Positions 19,144 to 27,464 of a stretch of 64,000 nt of DNA are shown here, piece after piece. Source of the DNA: an uncultured Clostridia bacterium. GTDB lineage: Bacteria > Bacillota > Clostridia > Christensenellales > UBA1242. Below the pieces are notes generated by a model. That model saw only the letters and a list, made by a program, of their open reading frames with translations, made no database searches and was not told where the DNA came from. Position numbers and translations under genes: made by a program. Numbering within the stretch: the stretch's first letter is position 1; the number at the start of each line of letters is the position of its first letter. The stretch is from contig CANBAL010000001.1 of the NCBI GenBank assembly GCA_947366545.1, forward strand, positions 122,504-186,503, given 5' to 3'.

Positions 19144-19170
19144 AAAATCCCTATAATTAGGGATTTTTTT
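19142..19170. terminator. Bidirectional terminator
   Basis: Stem ATCCCTA/TAGGGAT flanked by an A-run and a T-run, between convergent genes. Confidence 0.75.
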
Positions 19171-19867
19171 ATTGTTCTATCTCTTCTACAACTTTACTTA
19201 TTTGTATTTGCGCCTCAAAAGTCGCCGTGATATTTTCTACACTTTCTTGCACCGCTCGACTACCAAACTCGTCAACATCAGCTTCCACTTGAAGTGCAGC
19301 CGTTTTCTTATCGATATTTTCTAGCACAGAACTTGCATCTTCTTCATCTTGTTGCTTCTTGAAAGCACTAACAATGCTGAGTACTTCTTCCTCTTCGTCA
19401 TGCTCAACGATAGGCTCAGACTTTTTGGTTTTTTCTGTCGTTTCCTTTGCTGGCTCTACTCTTTTCACCTCTGCGGGTTTTTCTTCTTTCGCTTTTTCTT
19501 CATGTTTTATCGTGGTGACAACTGACGCTCCGTACTGACCAGTAGTTGTCTTCTTTTCATCTTTTTTGTCTTTCTTAGCCTTTCCACCCTTGTCTTTTTT
19601 GCCACCCTTGTCTTTTCCTCCACCGCTCTTTTTTGCTGCGGCCTTTTTTGCAGGGGCATCTTTTTTTGCTGCGGCTGGTTTTGCGGAAGTAGTGCCTGCT
19701 TTTTCGCTTTTTGCTTCAGTCTGTTTACTCTTAACCTCAACGCCGGATTTCAGCATTTCAGCCTTTTGCATAGACTGCACAAATTCCTTCATAGGCTTAT
19801 GGATTTCTTCCTTTTCTATTGGAAGAGCCTCAAACCCACCTTTTTCTTCTATAACTTTGTCAAGCAC
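19169..19867 (-). CDS. Lys/Ala/Glu-rich low-complexity protein (start uncertain)
   Basis: The tracked start is a GTG without an SD. The frame is open for 38 more codons upstream, to the TAA that ends the preceding ORF in the same frame. It contains histone-H1-like AKK/KDKGGK repeats. Confidence 0.5.
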   Translation of the reverse strand: MLDKVIEEKGGFEALPIEKEEIHKPMKEFVQSMQKAEMLKSGVEVKSKQTEAKSEKAGTTSAKPAAAKKDAPAKKAAAKKSGGGKDKGGKKDKGGKAKKDKKDEKKTTTGQYGASVVTTIKHEEKAKEEKPAEVKRVEPAKETTEKTKKSEPIVEHDEEEEVLSIVSAFKKQQDEEDASSVLENIDKKTAALQVEADVDEFGSRAVQESVENITATFEAQIQISKVVEEIEQ

Positions 19868-19981
19868 CTTTTGAAGAACGACATTTATATGATCTTGTTT
19901 TTCAAGCGGAGTTTCACTTTTAACTTTTTCTGCTTGTTTTTTATACTCGTTTGCTATTTCTTGCCCTTGTTTACATGGTTT

Positions 19982-20596
19982 TTACATCATTTTCAAGGTA
20001 AGCATCACATAAATCTGCGCACCCAAATCGGTGACTTGGTCAAAAATGATCTCCTCATCTATCATGTTTTGCATTTTTACTGCAAGATTAGGTACAAGTA
20101 AGTCATTATTTTGCTGGATTGAATCAACCAAGTTGAAATTAATATAAATATTTTCTTTAAGTCTATCATTATATGGGAAGATTGCCCTTGCAACAAAGGT
20201 GTGAAGGGACTTTACTGGCTCATAGCCGTCTACCGTCTCATTCAAATATAAAGTAGCCTCAACAAGATCATTATTTTTATAGTCCACCACAACTGAAAAG
20301 TTGAAGGCCTTGCCCATAAACACGCTAAGCGCTGTGTAAATATCTAAAGTGCTGTCGACAACCTCTTTTTTCATTCTAACAAGGTCGCGTCTTATCTCAT
20401 CCTCAAAGGTGTAGTTGCCTTCATCGGTCACAAAACCTACAAGTTTGTTTTTGATTAAAACCTGATTTAATTGTATTTTATAATAATCTATCTCGTCTTT
20501 ATTGGTAAGGATTTTATCCTTGTTCCAAACCTTACAAGAAAGTTCTTCTTGTGGCTCTTCTACAACAAGATGATTTTTCTTTGATCCTCGTGCCAT
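19982..20596 (-). CDS. Hypothetical protein (204 aa counted from MARGSKK)
   Basis: AAGAGGA SD before the ATG at 20596. It ends with a TAA that is in frame with the next ORF. Confidence 0.6.
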   Translation of the reverse strand: MARGSKKNHLVVEEPQEELSCKVWNKDKILTNKDEIDYYKIQLNQVLIKNKLVGFVTDEGNYTFEDEIRRDLVRMKKEVVDSTLDIYTALSVFMGKAFNFSVVVDYKNNDLVEATLYLNETVDGYEPVKSLHTFVARAIFPYNDRLKENIYINFNLVDSIQQNNDLLVPNLAVKMQNMIDEEIIFDQVTDLGAQIYVMLTLKMM

Positions 20597-20655
20597 TGTT
20601 TTCCTCTTGTGTATAGTATACATAATTTAAAAACACAAATCAAGTTTTTGTAAAC

Positions 20656-20964
20656 TTATTTTTGCAGATAACTTACGCAAAAAGGTTTTTCGGTGATTGA
20701 GTTGACTGTAATTCCGTTAGACACACATTTTCCGTCTTTATTGAACAGGCAGTCGGCATGGCAAAGTATTTCAAGGGTTTTGCTGTCTCTTTGAGGTGCA
20801 TACTCTGGCGGCTTCTCAAACAGATGTTTTGTGGTGTCCACCTCTGCCTTCTCCCCCTTTTCATAGGTGCGGCAGGTGGCCTTGTTGGTCACCTTTATTC
20901 CCTTTGCCTTACAAGTGTATCTATCATTATATCGACATAGCGTTTTTCTGCATCTAATATCCAT
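20656..20964 (-). CDS. Cys-rich protein with two DUF1540-like repeats
   Basis: AGGAG SD before the ATG at 20964. Two copies of the C..(x)C......C.A.GI.V.....C.(T/S)Y pattern are present. Confidence 0.6.
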   Translation of the reverse strand: MDIRCRKTLCRYNDRYTCKAKGIKVTNKATCRTYEKGEKAEVDTTKHLFEKPPEYAPQRDSKTLEILCHADCLFNKDGKCVSNGITVNSITEKPFCVSYLQK

Positions 20965-21042
20965 AATTACTCCTAAAAGTATTATTGACATTTGTTTGAC
21001 TTTTTAACCATATATAAAGTAAACTTGTTATAGAGGTGAAAA

Positions 21043-21486
21043 ATGAAAGTAGTTTTACTAAAAGATGTAAAGGGAACAGGAAAGAAGGGAGAAATCAAGG
21101 AAGTCGCTGACGGATTTGCACGAAATTTCCTTTTAAGACAAGGGCTTGCCAAAGAGGCAAACAAATCTACAATAGCGGAAAATGAATTTAAGAAAAATGC
21201 TACGGCATATCACAAAGAAATGGAAAGACAAGAGGCACTTGCACTTGCCAAGCAAATTGAAGGCAAAGTGGTAAACCTTGAAATTAAATGTGGAGACAAT
21301 GGGAAGACTTTTGGCTCCATAACCGCAAAAGAAATTGCAGAGGGACTTAATGCACAAGGTTTTAATCTTGACAAACGCAAGATAGACCTTAAAGAGCCAT
21401 TGAAAACAATAGGTACCTACACCATAATTGCACGGGTATATCCTGAAATTTCCGCAAAATTCACATTAAATATTGTTGCAAAATAA
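21043..21486 (+). CDS. rplI: 50S ribosomal protein L9 (bL9)
   Basis: 147 aa with [30 protein letters not shown], the canonical L9 N-terminus. Confidence 0.95.
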   Translation: MKVVLLKDVKGTGKKGEIKEVADGFARNFLLRQGLAKEANKSTIAENEFKKNATAYHKEMERQEALALAKQIEGKVVNLEIKCGDNGKTFGSITAKEIAEGLNAQGFNLDKRKIDLKEPLKTIGTYTIIARVYPEISAKFTLNIVAK

Positions 21487-21509
21487 AAAGACGAATTCTC
21501 GTCTTTTTT
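21485..21509. terminator. Bidirectional terminator
   Basis: AAAGACGA-ATTC-TCGTCTTT flanked by A and T runs, between rplI and a convergent XRE gene. Confidence 0.7.
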
Positions 21510-21723
21510 ATTCATCTACAAATATTATTAGTTCGCTTAGTTTGCAACCTATCAAATTAGCAACTCTAATTGCAGCAGTAAACCTAAAATTCAATTTATG
21601 CACCAGCATTTTGTTATAAACTTGCGTATTTATCTTGCATAATTCACAAAACGCTTTTTTAGACAAATGATTTTTTTGTCTATACTCCTCTAATATTTCT
21701 AAATTAAATTGTGACTTTTTCAT
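21508..21723 (-). CDS. XRE-family HTH regulator (71 aa)
   Basis: The HTH segment is LSKKAFCELCKINTQVYNKML. It is divergent from a second XRE gene. Confidence 0.7.
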   Translation of the reverse strand: MKKSQFNLEILEEYRQKNHLSKKAFCELCKINTQVYNKMLVHKLNFRFTAAIRVANLIGCKLSELIIFVDE

Positions 21724-21737
21724 GTTTACCCCCTTAT

Positions 21738-21806
21738 TACACGGTGTGTGTACTAATAATACTACACTGTTTGTGTATTGTCAAGCAATTTTACACATTT
21801 TGTGTT
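21738..21806. promoter_or_regulatory. Three palindromic operator-like sites TACAC-N5-GTGTA
   Basis: TACACggtgtGTGTA at 21738-21752, TACACtgtttGTGTA at 21763-21777 and TACACattttGTGTt at 21792-21806. All lie in the 94-bp divergent intergenic region. Confidence 0.6.
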
Positions 21807-21817
21807 ATATTTTTTAT

Positions 21818-22024
21818 ATGAATATGGGACAAAAATTAAAAGAATTAAGAATGGAAAAAGGTGTGTTGCAAAAAGATGTGGCAAAAGCAATCGGCGTTAC
21901 CACAAGTGCTTATGCAAACTACGAGCAAGGCTTGCGTGAACCATCAAATCAAATACTGGTAAGTCTATGTCTGTATTATGGAGTGTCATCCGATTATTTA
22001 CTGGGTATTAAAGATGAATATTAA
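21818..22024 (+). CDS. XRE-family HTH regulator (about 67 aa)
   Basis: I set the true start at MNMGQKLKELR (ATG at 21818 or 21824). It matches the classic XRE HTH (LQKDVAKAIGVTTSAYANYEQG.R.P). Confidence 0.75.
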   Translation: MNMGQKLKELRMEKGVLQKDVAKAIGVTTSAYANYEQGLREPSNQILVSLCLYYGVSSDYLLGIKDEY

Positions 22025-22050
22025 AAAAGCATAACTTCTGTTATGCTTTT
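22023..22050. terminator. Bidirectional terminator
   Basis: Stem AGCATAAC/GTTATGCT with a TTCT loop, flanked by A and T runs. Confidence 0.75.
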
Positions 22051-23136
22051 TTATGCGTTCGCAAGTTTTTCTGCCCTGTCTTTCACAATAAGGGCTTCAA
22101 TAAATTGATCTATATCTCCGTTTAAAACCCCCTCAATATTATACGAGGTGACATTTACGCGGTGGTCGGTAACGCGTCCTTGTGGGTAATTATAGGTACG
22201 CACCCTTTCACTACGGTCGCCAGTGCCGACCTGACTTTTTCTATTCTCTTTGTATTCATTATCGCGTTGTGATTTATATAAATCGTAAAGTTTCGACCTT
22301 AAAATTGACATCGCTCTTTCTTTATTTTTTATCTGGCTTCGCTCATCTTGGCAGTTTACAACAATCCCTGTTGGAAGGTGAGTAATCCTTATTGCGGACT
22401 CAGTTTTATTGATATGCTGTCCGCCAGCACCAGAGGCACGATAGGTGTCAATCTGCAAATCTTTATCATCTATCTCAACATCAACATCTTCTATCTCTGG
22501 CAAAACTGCTACGGTGGCAGTAGAGGTATGTATTCGGCCTTGCGACTCTGTTTCTGGTACCCGTTGCACCCTATGTACGCCGCTTTCAAATTTAAGTCTT
22601 GAATATGCACCCTTTCCTTTCACCATAAAGGTAACTTCCTTAATTCCGCCAAGTTCAGTTTCGTTTAGGTCCATAATCTCCGTCTTCCAGCGTTTACTTT
22701 CTGCATAATATTGATACATTCTCATAAGCACGCTTGCAAAAAGTGCGGATTCTTCTCCACCTGCCGCCGACCTAATTTCAATAATAACATTGTTATCGTC
22801 ATTCTCGTCTTTTGGAAGGAGCAGAATTTTTACTTCCTCCGCTTTTTCTTCAATTTTTTGCCTTAATGCCCCTATTTCCTCATAGAACATATCTCTTAGT
22901 TCTATATTTGTCTCGTTATCATAATCCTTTTGGCAGGCCTCGTGATCAAGCACCAGTTTTTCAAGTTCATCGTGTGCAGCGGCAATATCTTCAAGCATAG
23001 ACCTTTCTTTAACGAGTTTTTTCCATTCTTTATTATCTGCAATAACTTCGGGTTTAGAAATCTCTTCCGTTAAAAAAACAAATCTATCTTTTGCTTTTTG
23101 TGTCTTTATTAGTAAATCATCAGCCAATCTTTCCAT
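22051..23136 (-). CDS. prfA: Peptide chain release factor 1
   Basis: It contains the GGQ motif (SGAGGQHINKT) and the RF1-type RVQRVP.TESQGRIHTS motif. I set the start at ATG 23136, which has an AAAGGA SD. It overlaps the prmC 3' end. Confidence 0.93.
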   Translation of the reverse strand: MERLADDLLIKTQKAKDRFVFLTEEISKPEVIADNKEWKKLVKERSMLEDIAAAHDELEKLVLDHEACQKDYDNETNIELRDMFYEEIGALRQKIEEKAEEVKILLLPKDENDDNNVIIEIRSAAGGEESALFASVLMRMYQYYAESKRWKTEIMDLNETELGGIKEVTFMVKGKGAYSRLKFESGVHRVQRVPETESQGRIHTSTATVAVLPEIEDVDVEIDDKDLQIDTYRASGAGGQHINKTESAIRITHLPTGIVVNCQDERSQIKNKERAMSILRSKLYDLYKSQRDNEYKENRKSQVGTGDRSERVRTYNYPQGRVTDHRVNVTSYNIEGVLNGDIDQFIEALIVKDRAEKLANA

Positions 23137-24850
23137 AAACAATCCTTTCTATACCATTATAGTCTTTAATTATCTTCGTGTCAATAAATCCGCTTTCCTT
23201 CATGAGTTTTCGCACCTTATCTGCCTGTCCTTTGCCTACCTCAAAGTATAAATAGCCCTGTCTATTAAGCCTTGTGACACTTGCAAGGACTATTTTCCTA
23301 TAAAAATCAAGCCCATCATCACCACCGTCAAGTGCAAGACGAGGGTCAAACTTCCTAACCTCAACAGCCAATTTCTCTATCTCTTTTGAAGGTATATATG
23401 GCGGATTAGAAACAATAATATCAAACTTTTTATTCTTTTTCAAGTTATCAAAAAGGTTTGACTCTATAAGTTCCACTTTTGCTTCCTGTTTTTTTACATT
23501 GAGTTCTGCCACTTGTAATGCGGATTTAGATATATCAATACCACATATTTTGCCCTCCACATTCTTTGCCAGTGCAATCGCTATTGCCCCGCTGCCAGTA
23601 CACAAATCACAAATTTCGGGCTTTTTAAAATTTTTAGCCTGCTTAATAACCTCTTCCACCAAAAGTTCGGTCTCCATTCTTGGAGAAAGCACCTTTTTAT
23701 TGATTTCTATCCTAAGACCATAAAAATCAACAAAACCAAAAATGCTTGATAATGGCTCACCCTTCGCCCTACGCTCAGTAGCACGCATAATTTCACGATA
23801 CTCTTTTGGCGAAACAGCACGAACCAGTTTTACCTCTGCCCTATTTTTATTTAGCACGGTGGCAATTATCCAGTCCACATCACTTTTTTCGTATCTATCT
23901 GCTTGCACAAGGCGAGTTTGCATTTCAGCCAGCAGCGCCGACATTGGAATTTTATCTTGTTCCACTTCTTCCATTCCTTTAAATGAAGTATTTTCTATAA
24001 GTGTAGTACGCACTATTTCTTCTTGAGAAAGGTTGGGCTTTATTGCCACCAAAAATGAAGTGAGGATGACAAAATCTTTAAGCCACCTTTGTTTTGTCAC
24101 AGAAATCGCCCATAAAATTTCATAACTTATTGAAATACATCCAAGAAGTATTAAAAAATTATAGATTGCGTTCATATAAAAATTTACACTTATACTAGTT
24201 AAGTGTATCACAAAAGTTGATAGCAATAAAGAAAAAACAAGAAAATTTAAGTAATTTAATGAATAATGTGGACTAAATTTTGAAATTTGCGTAGATTTTT
24301 CCCCACTATTGATAATTTGATTGCATCCGCCATTAAATTTGTATAGTCCTTGCATAAATGGCATAAAGCGTAGGAATAAAAATGTAATAAAAATCATTGC
24401 GACTTTTATTAGTCCTATTATTAATCCTTGCACCACCCCACCTTCTTCATAAATCAAACCAGCAAGATAGGTAGGCAGCAAATCAAATACTAAAAAGCCT
24501 ATAATAAGCCCGCAAATGCTTGCTGTAATTAATTGCACATAACGGGTGGCAATATTCAGTTTTTCCGACACCTTTTTTAGAAGTTTATCTTCACTTAAAT
24601 CGGTATGCATTTTTTCAGTAAGCACAAAAGCGTTGAACTGGGCAATTAGCCCGCAAAAAAAGTATTGGAGCCCACGGAGAAGAAAAAAATTCCAAAATAT
24701 GATTTTATTTTTAGTTTTTGCGCTGCCCACTCTTTTTCGGCCGTGATTATCAATAATGGCAGTGGTAACCTGCCCATCACTATACACACTCACACCGCTG
24801 GAACTAGGGAAATAATATTTCACGACTAAATTATTGACACAAAAAAACAC
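23120..24850 (-). CDS. prmC: Fusion protein: DUF1385-like polytopic membrane domain plus release-factor glutamine N5-methyltransferase PrmC
   Basis: The C-terminal ~280 aa carry DLCTGSGAIAIAL (SAM binding) and VSNPPYIP (NPPY). The N-terminal ~290 aa are hydrophobic with DUF1385-like blocks. The tracked GTG start lies inside the thyA terminator hairpin, so the true start is uncertain. Confidence 0.8.
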   Translation of the reverse strand: MFFCVNNLVVKYYFPSSSGVSVYSDGQVTTAIIDNHGRKRVGSAKTKNKIIFWNFFLLRGLQYFFCGLIAQFNAFVLTEKMHTDLSEDKLLKKVSEKLNIATRYVQLITASICGLIIGFLVFDLLPTYLAGLIYEEGGVVQGLIIGLIKVAMIFITFLFLRFMPFMQGLYKFNGGCNQIINSGEKSTQISKFSPHYSLNYLNFLVFSLLLSTFVIHLTSISVNFYMNAIYNFLILLGCISISYEILWAISVTKQRWLKDFVILTSFLVAIKPNLSQEEIVRTTLIENTSFKGMEEVEQDKIPMSALLAEMQTRLVQADRYEKSDVDWIIATVLNKNRAEVKLVRAVSPKEYREIMRATERRAKGEPLSSIFGFVDFYGLRIEINKKVLSPRMETELLVEEVIKQAKNFKKPEICDLCTGSGAIAIALAKNVEGKICGIDISKSALQVAELNVKKQEAKVELIESNLFDNLKKNKKFDIIVSNPPYIPSKEIEKLAVEVRKFDPRLALDGGDDGLDFYRKIVLASVTRLNRQGYLYFEVGKGQADKVRKLMKESGFIDTKIIKDYNGIERIVYGKIG

Positions 24851-24869
24851 GGATATTCCGTGTCTTTTT
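24841..24869 (-). terminator. Rho-independent terminator after thyA
   Basis: Stem ACACGGA/TCCGTGT with a TAT loop and a T7 run on the minus strand. Confidence 0.75.
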
Positions 24870-24870
24870 A

Positions 24871-26085
24871 TTATTCTGCCACAGGTACCTTTTCGCAGAA
24901 TTTGATGCCTTCATGCTCATAATCATAATTTTCAACATTAAAACTGCTTTCTTCATTCCAAACAAATTTGCCAGTATTTTCATCAGTTTTAAGAGGTGAA
25001 ACAAACTTATAGAAATCTGTTACATTTTCATCAAGTTTAAGTTCTGGCTTGCATAGTCCAAGCACTTCTTCATATTCTGGATGCTTGATGAAAGCATCAG
25101 TGATTTCTTCAATTCTCCAAAAAACTGGTGAGTGGACAAACTCTTCTGCCTCCATTTGATATTGCTTAGTAGAGTATCTCTCAGTTTGCATTTCCATAGA
25201 TTTAGCGCCTCTTATGGCTTTTTCATAATCGGAATGATGCACCGGGTCATTTACAATTCTCTCCCTAAACTTATTAAACTCGCGCCATGCGTCATACCAC
25301 CAAGCGTCACCCTTTTTGAAAACTTTCTCTGTGTCATCACAGCCCAAAGGCATATTGTTGAGTTTCTCTTCAATAAGTTTTGCCCTAGATGCCGCCATAT
25401 CAATAATGAATGGAATATGTCTATCATAAATGTGGCTGTTGACTATCATATGTGATAGTGTGCCGGCTTCAAGTCCCGAAACCTTGGCAAGCATATGTAA
25501 TAACGCGGCGTACTGCACAACATTCCAACTCCCCGCTGCCAAAGTGTCATTTGAACGCTGATTTAAAAACATATTGAGTTTGCCATCACTCACATCCAGT
25601 TGCATACCATGGACACAAGGATAAAGCCCCATTTCATGCAAATCTTCATGTACAAACAGTTCAGTGACCATACTTCTAAATGCTGGCTGATTTTTGAGGT
25701 ACCACAGCACCCTATCAATTTGGTCAAACTCGCCGTCCTTATACTTCGCCTTTCTGCCCACTTGGTAACCATATGCTTTTCCTATTGAGCCGTTTTCATC
25801 TGCCCATTGGTCCCAAATGTGGCTATGTAGGTCTTTGATATTATTGCTTTTCTTTTGCCAAATCCAAAGAACTTCGTCTATTGCCCCCTTCCAGTTTGTA
25901 AATCTTAAGGTGGTGATTGGAAAGCCGTCTGACATTTTATACACATTATTAACAGCAAACACTTTTGCCGTATGTGCTGGCTGGCCGTCTGGCCATTTTG
26001 GTCTTACAGTTTCGTTTGTGTCCCATACTCCATTTTTTAAGATATTGTTTGTTGTCCTTAAATAAATCCAGTCTGCTTTGCTCAT
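24871..26085 (-). CDS. thyA: Thymidylate synthase ThyA (B. subtilis ThyA-like subtype) with a ~100-aa C-proximal insertion
   Basis: Motifs include VRPKWPDGQPAHT, EVLWIWQKKSN, HIWDQWADENGSIG, catalytic LYPCVH, QRSND....WNV.QY, SHIYDRHI and a C-terminal ..KVPVAE. It is 404 aa, against about 264-320 aa typically. Confidence 0.85.
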   Translation of the reverse strand: MSKADWIYLRTTNNILKNGVWDTNETVRPKWPDGQPAHTAKVFAVNNVYKMSDGFPITTLRFTNWKGAIDEVLWIWQKKSNNIKDLHSHIWDQWADENGSIGKAYGYQVGRKAKYKDGEFDQIDRVLWYLKNQPAFRSMVTELFVHEDLHEMGLYPCVHGMQLDVSDGKLNMFLNQRSNDTLAAGSWNVVQYAALLHMLAKVSGLEAGTLSHMIVNSHIYDRHIPFIIDMAASRAKLIEEKLNNMPLGCDDTEKVFKKGDAWWYDAWREFNKFRERIVNDPVHHSDYEKAIRGAKSMEMQTERYSTKQYQMEAEEFVHSPVFWRIEEITDAFIKHPEYEEVLGLCKPELKLDENVTDFYKFVSPLKTDENTGKFVWNEESSFNVENYDYEHEGIKFCEKVPVAE

Positions 26086-26105
26086 TTTTCCACCTCGTTA
26101 GAAAA

Positions 26106-26134
26106 AGTATACGGCATATGGCGAAATATGTCAA
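26106..26134 (-). promoter_or_regulatory. Promoter of thyA
   Basis: On the minus strand: TTGACA (26134-26129), 17-nt spacer, TATACT (26111-26106). A GAGGTGG SD follows. Confidence 0.6.
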
Positions 26135-26142
26135 TAGGCAAA

Positions 26143-26168
26143 TAAAAAAAGTGCCAAAGCACTTTTTA
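26143..26168 (-). terminator. Terminator after rpmE
   Basis: Stem AAAGTGC/GCACTTT with flanking A and T runs. Confidence 0.7.
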
Positions 26169-26375
26169 TTATTTTAAGCCATATTTGCTTTTAAATTTCT
26201 CAACATTACCGCTTGCGTCTACTACCTTCTTCTTTCCTGTGAAGAATGGGTGGCATTTGTTACAAATATCAATGCTCATTGTATCACCTTTAGCGTTTGT
26301 TCTGGTCTTAAAGGTGTTGCCACATGCACATGTTACGGTAACTTCATGATAATCTGGATGTATTTCCTTTTTCAT
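26169..26375 (-). CDS. rpmE: 50S ribosomal protein L31 (Zn-binding type)
   Basis: 68 aa with [20 protein letters not shown] and [10 protein letters not shown]. Confidence 0.95.
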   Translation of the reverse strand: MKKEIHPDYHEVTVTCACGNTFKTRTNAKGDTMSIDICNKCHPFFTGKKKVVDASGNVEKFKSKYGLK

Positions 26376-26395
26376 AATCTTTACCCCTTTTAATT

Positions 26396-26656
26396 TTAGT
26401 CTCCTACATATGGAAGAAGTGCAACATTTCTTGCTCTCTTAATCGCTGTAGTAAGTTGTCTTTGATGATTTGCACAAACTCCTGTTTGGCGTCTTGGCAA
26501 AATTTTGCCTTTCTCTGTGATGTATTTTTTGATTTTTGCTACATCTTTATAGTCTATATCTTTCTCGCCAGCCACACAGAATGCACATACCTTTTTCTTT
26601 GCAGGCTTGCGGAATTTCTTAACTGATTTTTCCTCAGTTTTAACTACTTCGCTCAT
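26396..26656 (-). CDS. rpsR: 30S ribosomal protein S18
   Basis: 86 aa with KKVCAFC....IDYKD...LKKYI.E.GKILPRR.TG.CA.HQR.L..AIKRAR. Confidence 0.95.
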   Translation of the reverse strand: MSEVVKTEEKSVKKFRKPAKKKVCAFCVAGEKDIDYKDVAKIKKYITEKGKILPRRQTGVCANHQRQLTTAIKRARNVALLPYVGD

Positions 26657-26671
26657 TTTTCTCTCCTTTTA

Positions 26672-27094
26672 TTAGAATGGTAAACTATCGTCATCGATTG
26701 GCTCAAGTTCTGCAGTCTTGGTGCTATTTGCAGGTTTTGAAGCTGGTGCTGGAGCATCTTGAACGCCCTCGCTAGAGCCTCTACCACTTAGGAATTCTAC
26801 TGAATCGGCTATGATATCTGTAGTATATCTCTTAGTACCGTCGTTTGCCTCATAAGAAGAATTTTGAAGTCTTCCCACTACAGCACATTTTGAACCTTTC
26901 TTTAAAAATCTATGGCAGTTTTCACCAAGTGCTCTCCAAACTACAATGTTGAAGAAATCGGCATCACGCTCTCCCTCACTATTTTGGAAGGTGCGTTGAA
27001 CAGCGATTGAAAATCTGCATACTGATACTCCGCTATTTGTTGTCGATAGTTCTGGATCCCTTGTTAGGTTTCCTATTAAAATTACTTTATTCAT
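26672..27094 (-). CDS. ssb: Single-stranded DNA-binding protein
   Basis: 140 aa with MNKVILIGNLTRDPEL (OB fold) and an acidic tail DDDSLPF. Confidence 0.95.
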   Translation of the reverse strand: MNKVILIGNLTRDPELSTTNSGVSVCRFSIAVQRTFQNSEGERDADFFNIVVWRALGENCHRFLKKGSKCAVVGRLQNSSYEANDGTKRYTTDIIADSVEFLSGRGSSEGVQDAPAPASKPANSTKTAELEPIDDDSLPF

Positions 27095-27105
27095 ATCTTT
27101 TCTCC

Positions 27106-27387
27106 TTACTTTCTTACAAACAATTGTCTAACGATACCTTCGGTAATGTTCATAAGTTTTGCCATCGCATCAACTTCTTCTGCTGAAAGAGTTAAGTTCA
27201 TAAGAACATAATATCCTTCTGTTTTGAAGTTTATTGGATAAGCAAGCTTTTTCATTCCCCATTTATCAATTCCGTCTACGACTCCGCCTTTAGACTCAAC
27301 ATATGAAGAAAACTTTTTGATAAGCTCTTCACGCTTGTCTTCAGTCACATCGCTGGAAATGATATAAAGAAGTTCGTACTTATTCAT
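27106..27387 (-). CDS. rpsF: 30S ribosomal protein S6
   Basis: 93 aa with MNKYELLYI, KWGMKKLAYPI and GYYVL. Conserved rpsF-ssb-rpsR order. Confidence 0.95.
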   Translation of the reverse strand: MNKYELLYIISSDVTEDKREELIKKFSSYVESKGGVVDGIDKWGMKKLAYPINFKTEGYYVLMNLTLSAEEVDAMAKLMNITEGIVRQLFVRK

Positions 27388-27413
27388 ATCTCTACCTCCT
27401 TTTGGACTAATTG

Positions 27414-27437
27414 GTCTTTCACACTTTCATGAAAGAC
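27414..27437 (-). promoter_or_regulatory. Perfect 8-bp hairpin in the rpsF 5' UTR (possible S6:S18 autoregulatory leader)
   Basis: GTCTTTCA-N8-TGAAAGAC lies between the promoter and the SD of rpsF. Function is inferred only from position. Confidence 0.3.
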
Positions 27438-27464
27438 AAGGACAGTTTTCCACTGCTATTTGAG

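Noticed and set aside
19507-19874. Alternative-frame ORFs within the Lys/Ala-rich gene: 77 aa on the minus strand and 102 aa on the plus strand.
   Set aside because: They arise from the repetitive AAG/GCA/AAA low-complexity DNA, which stays open in several frames. There are no independent expression signals.
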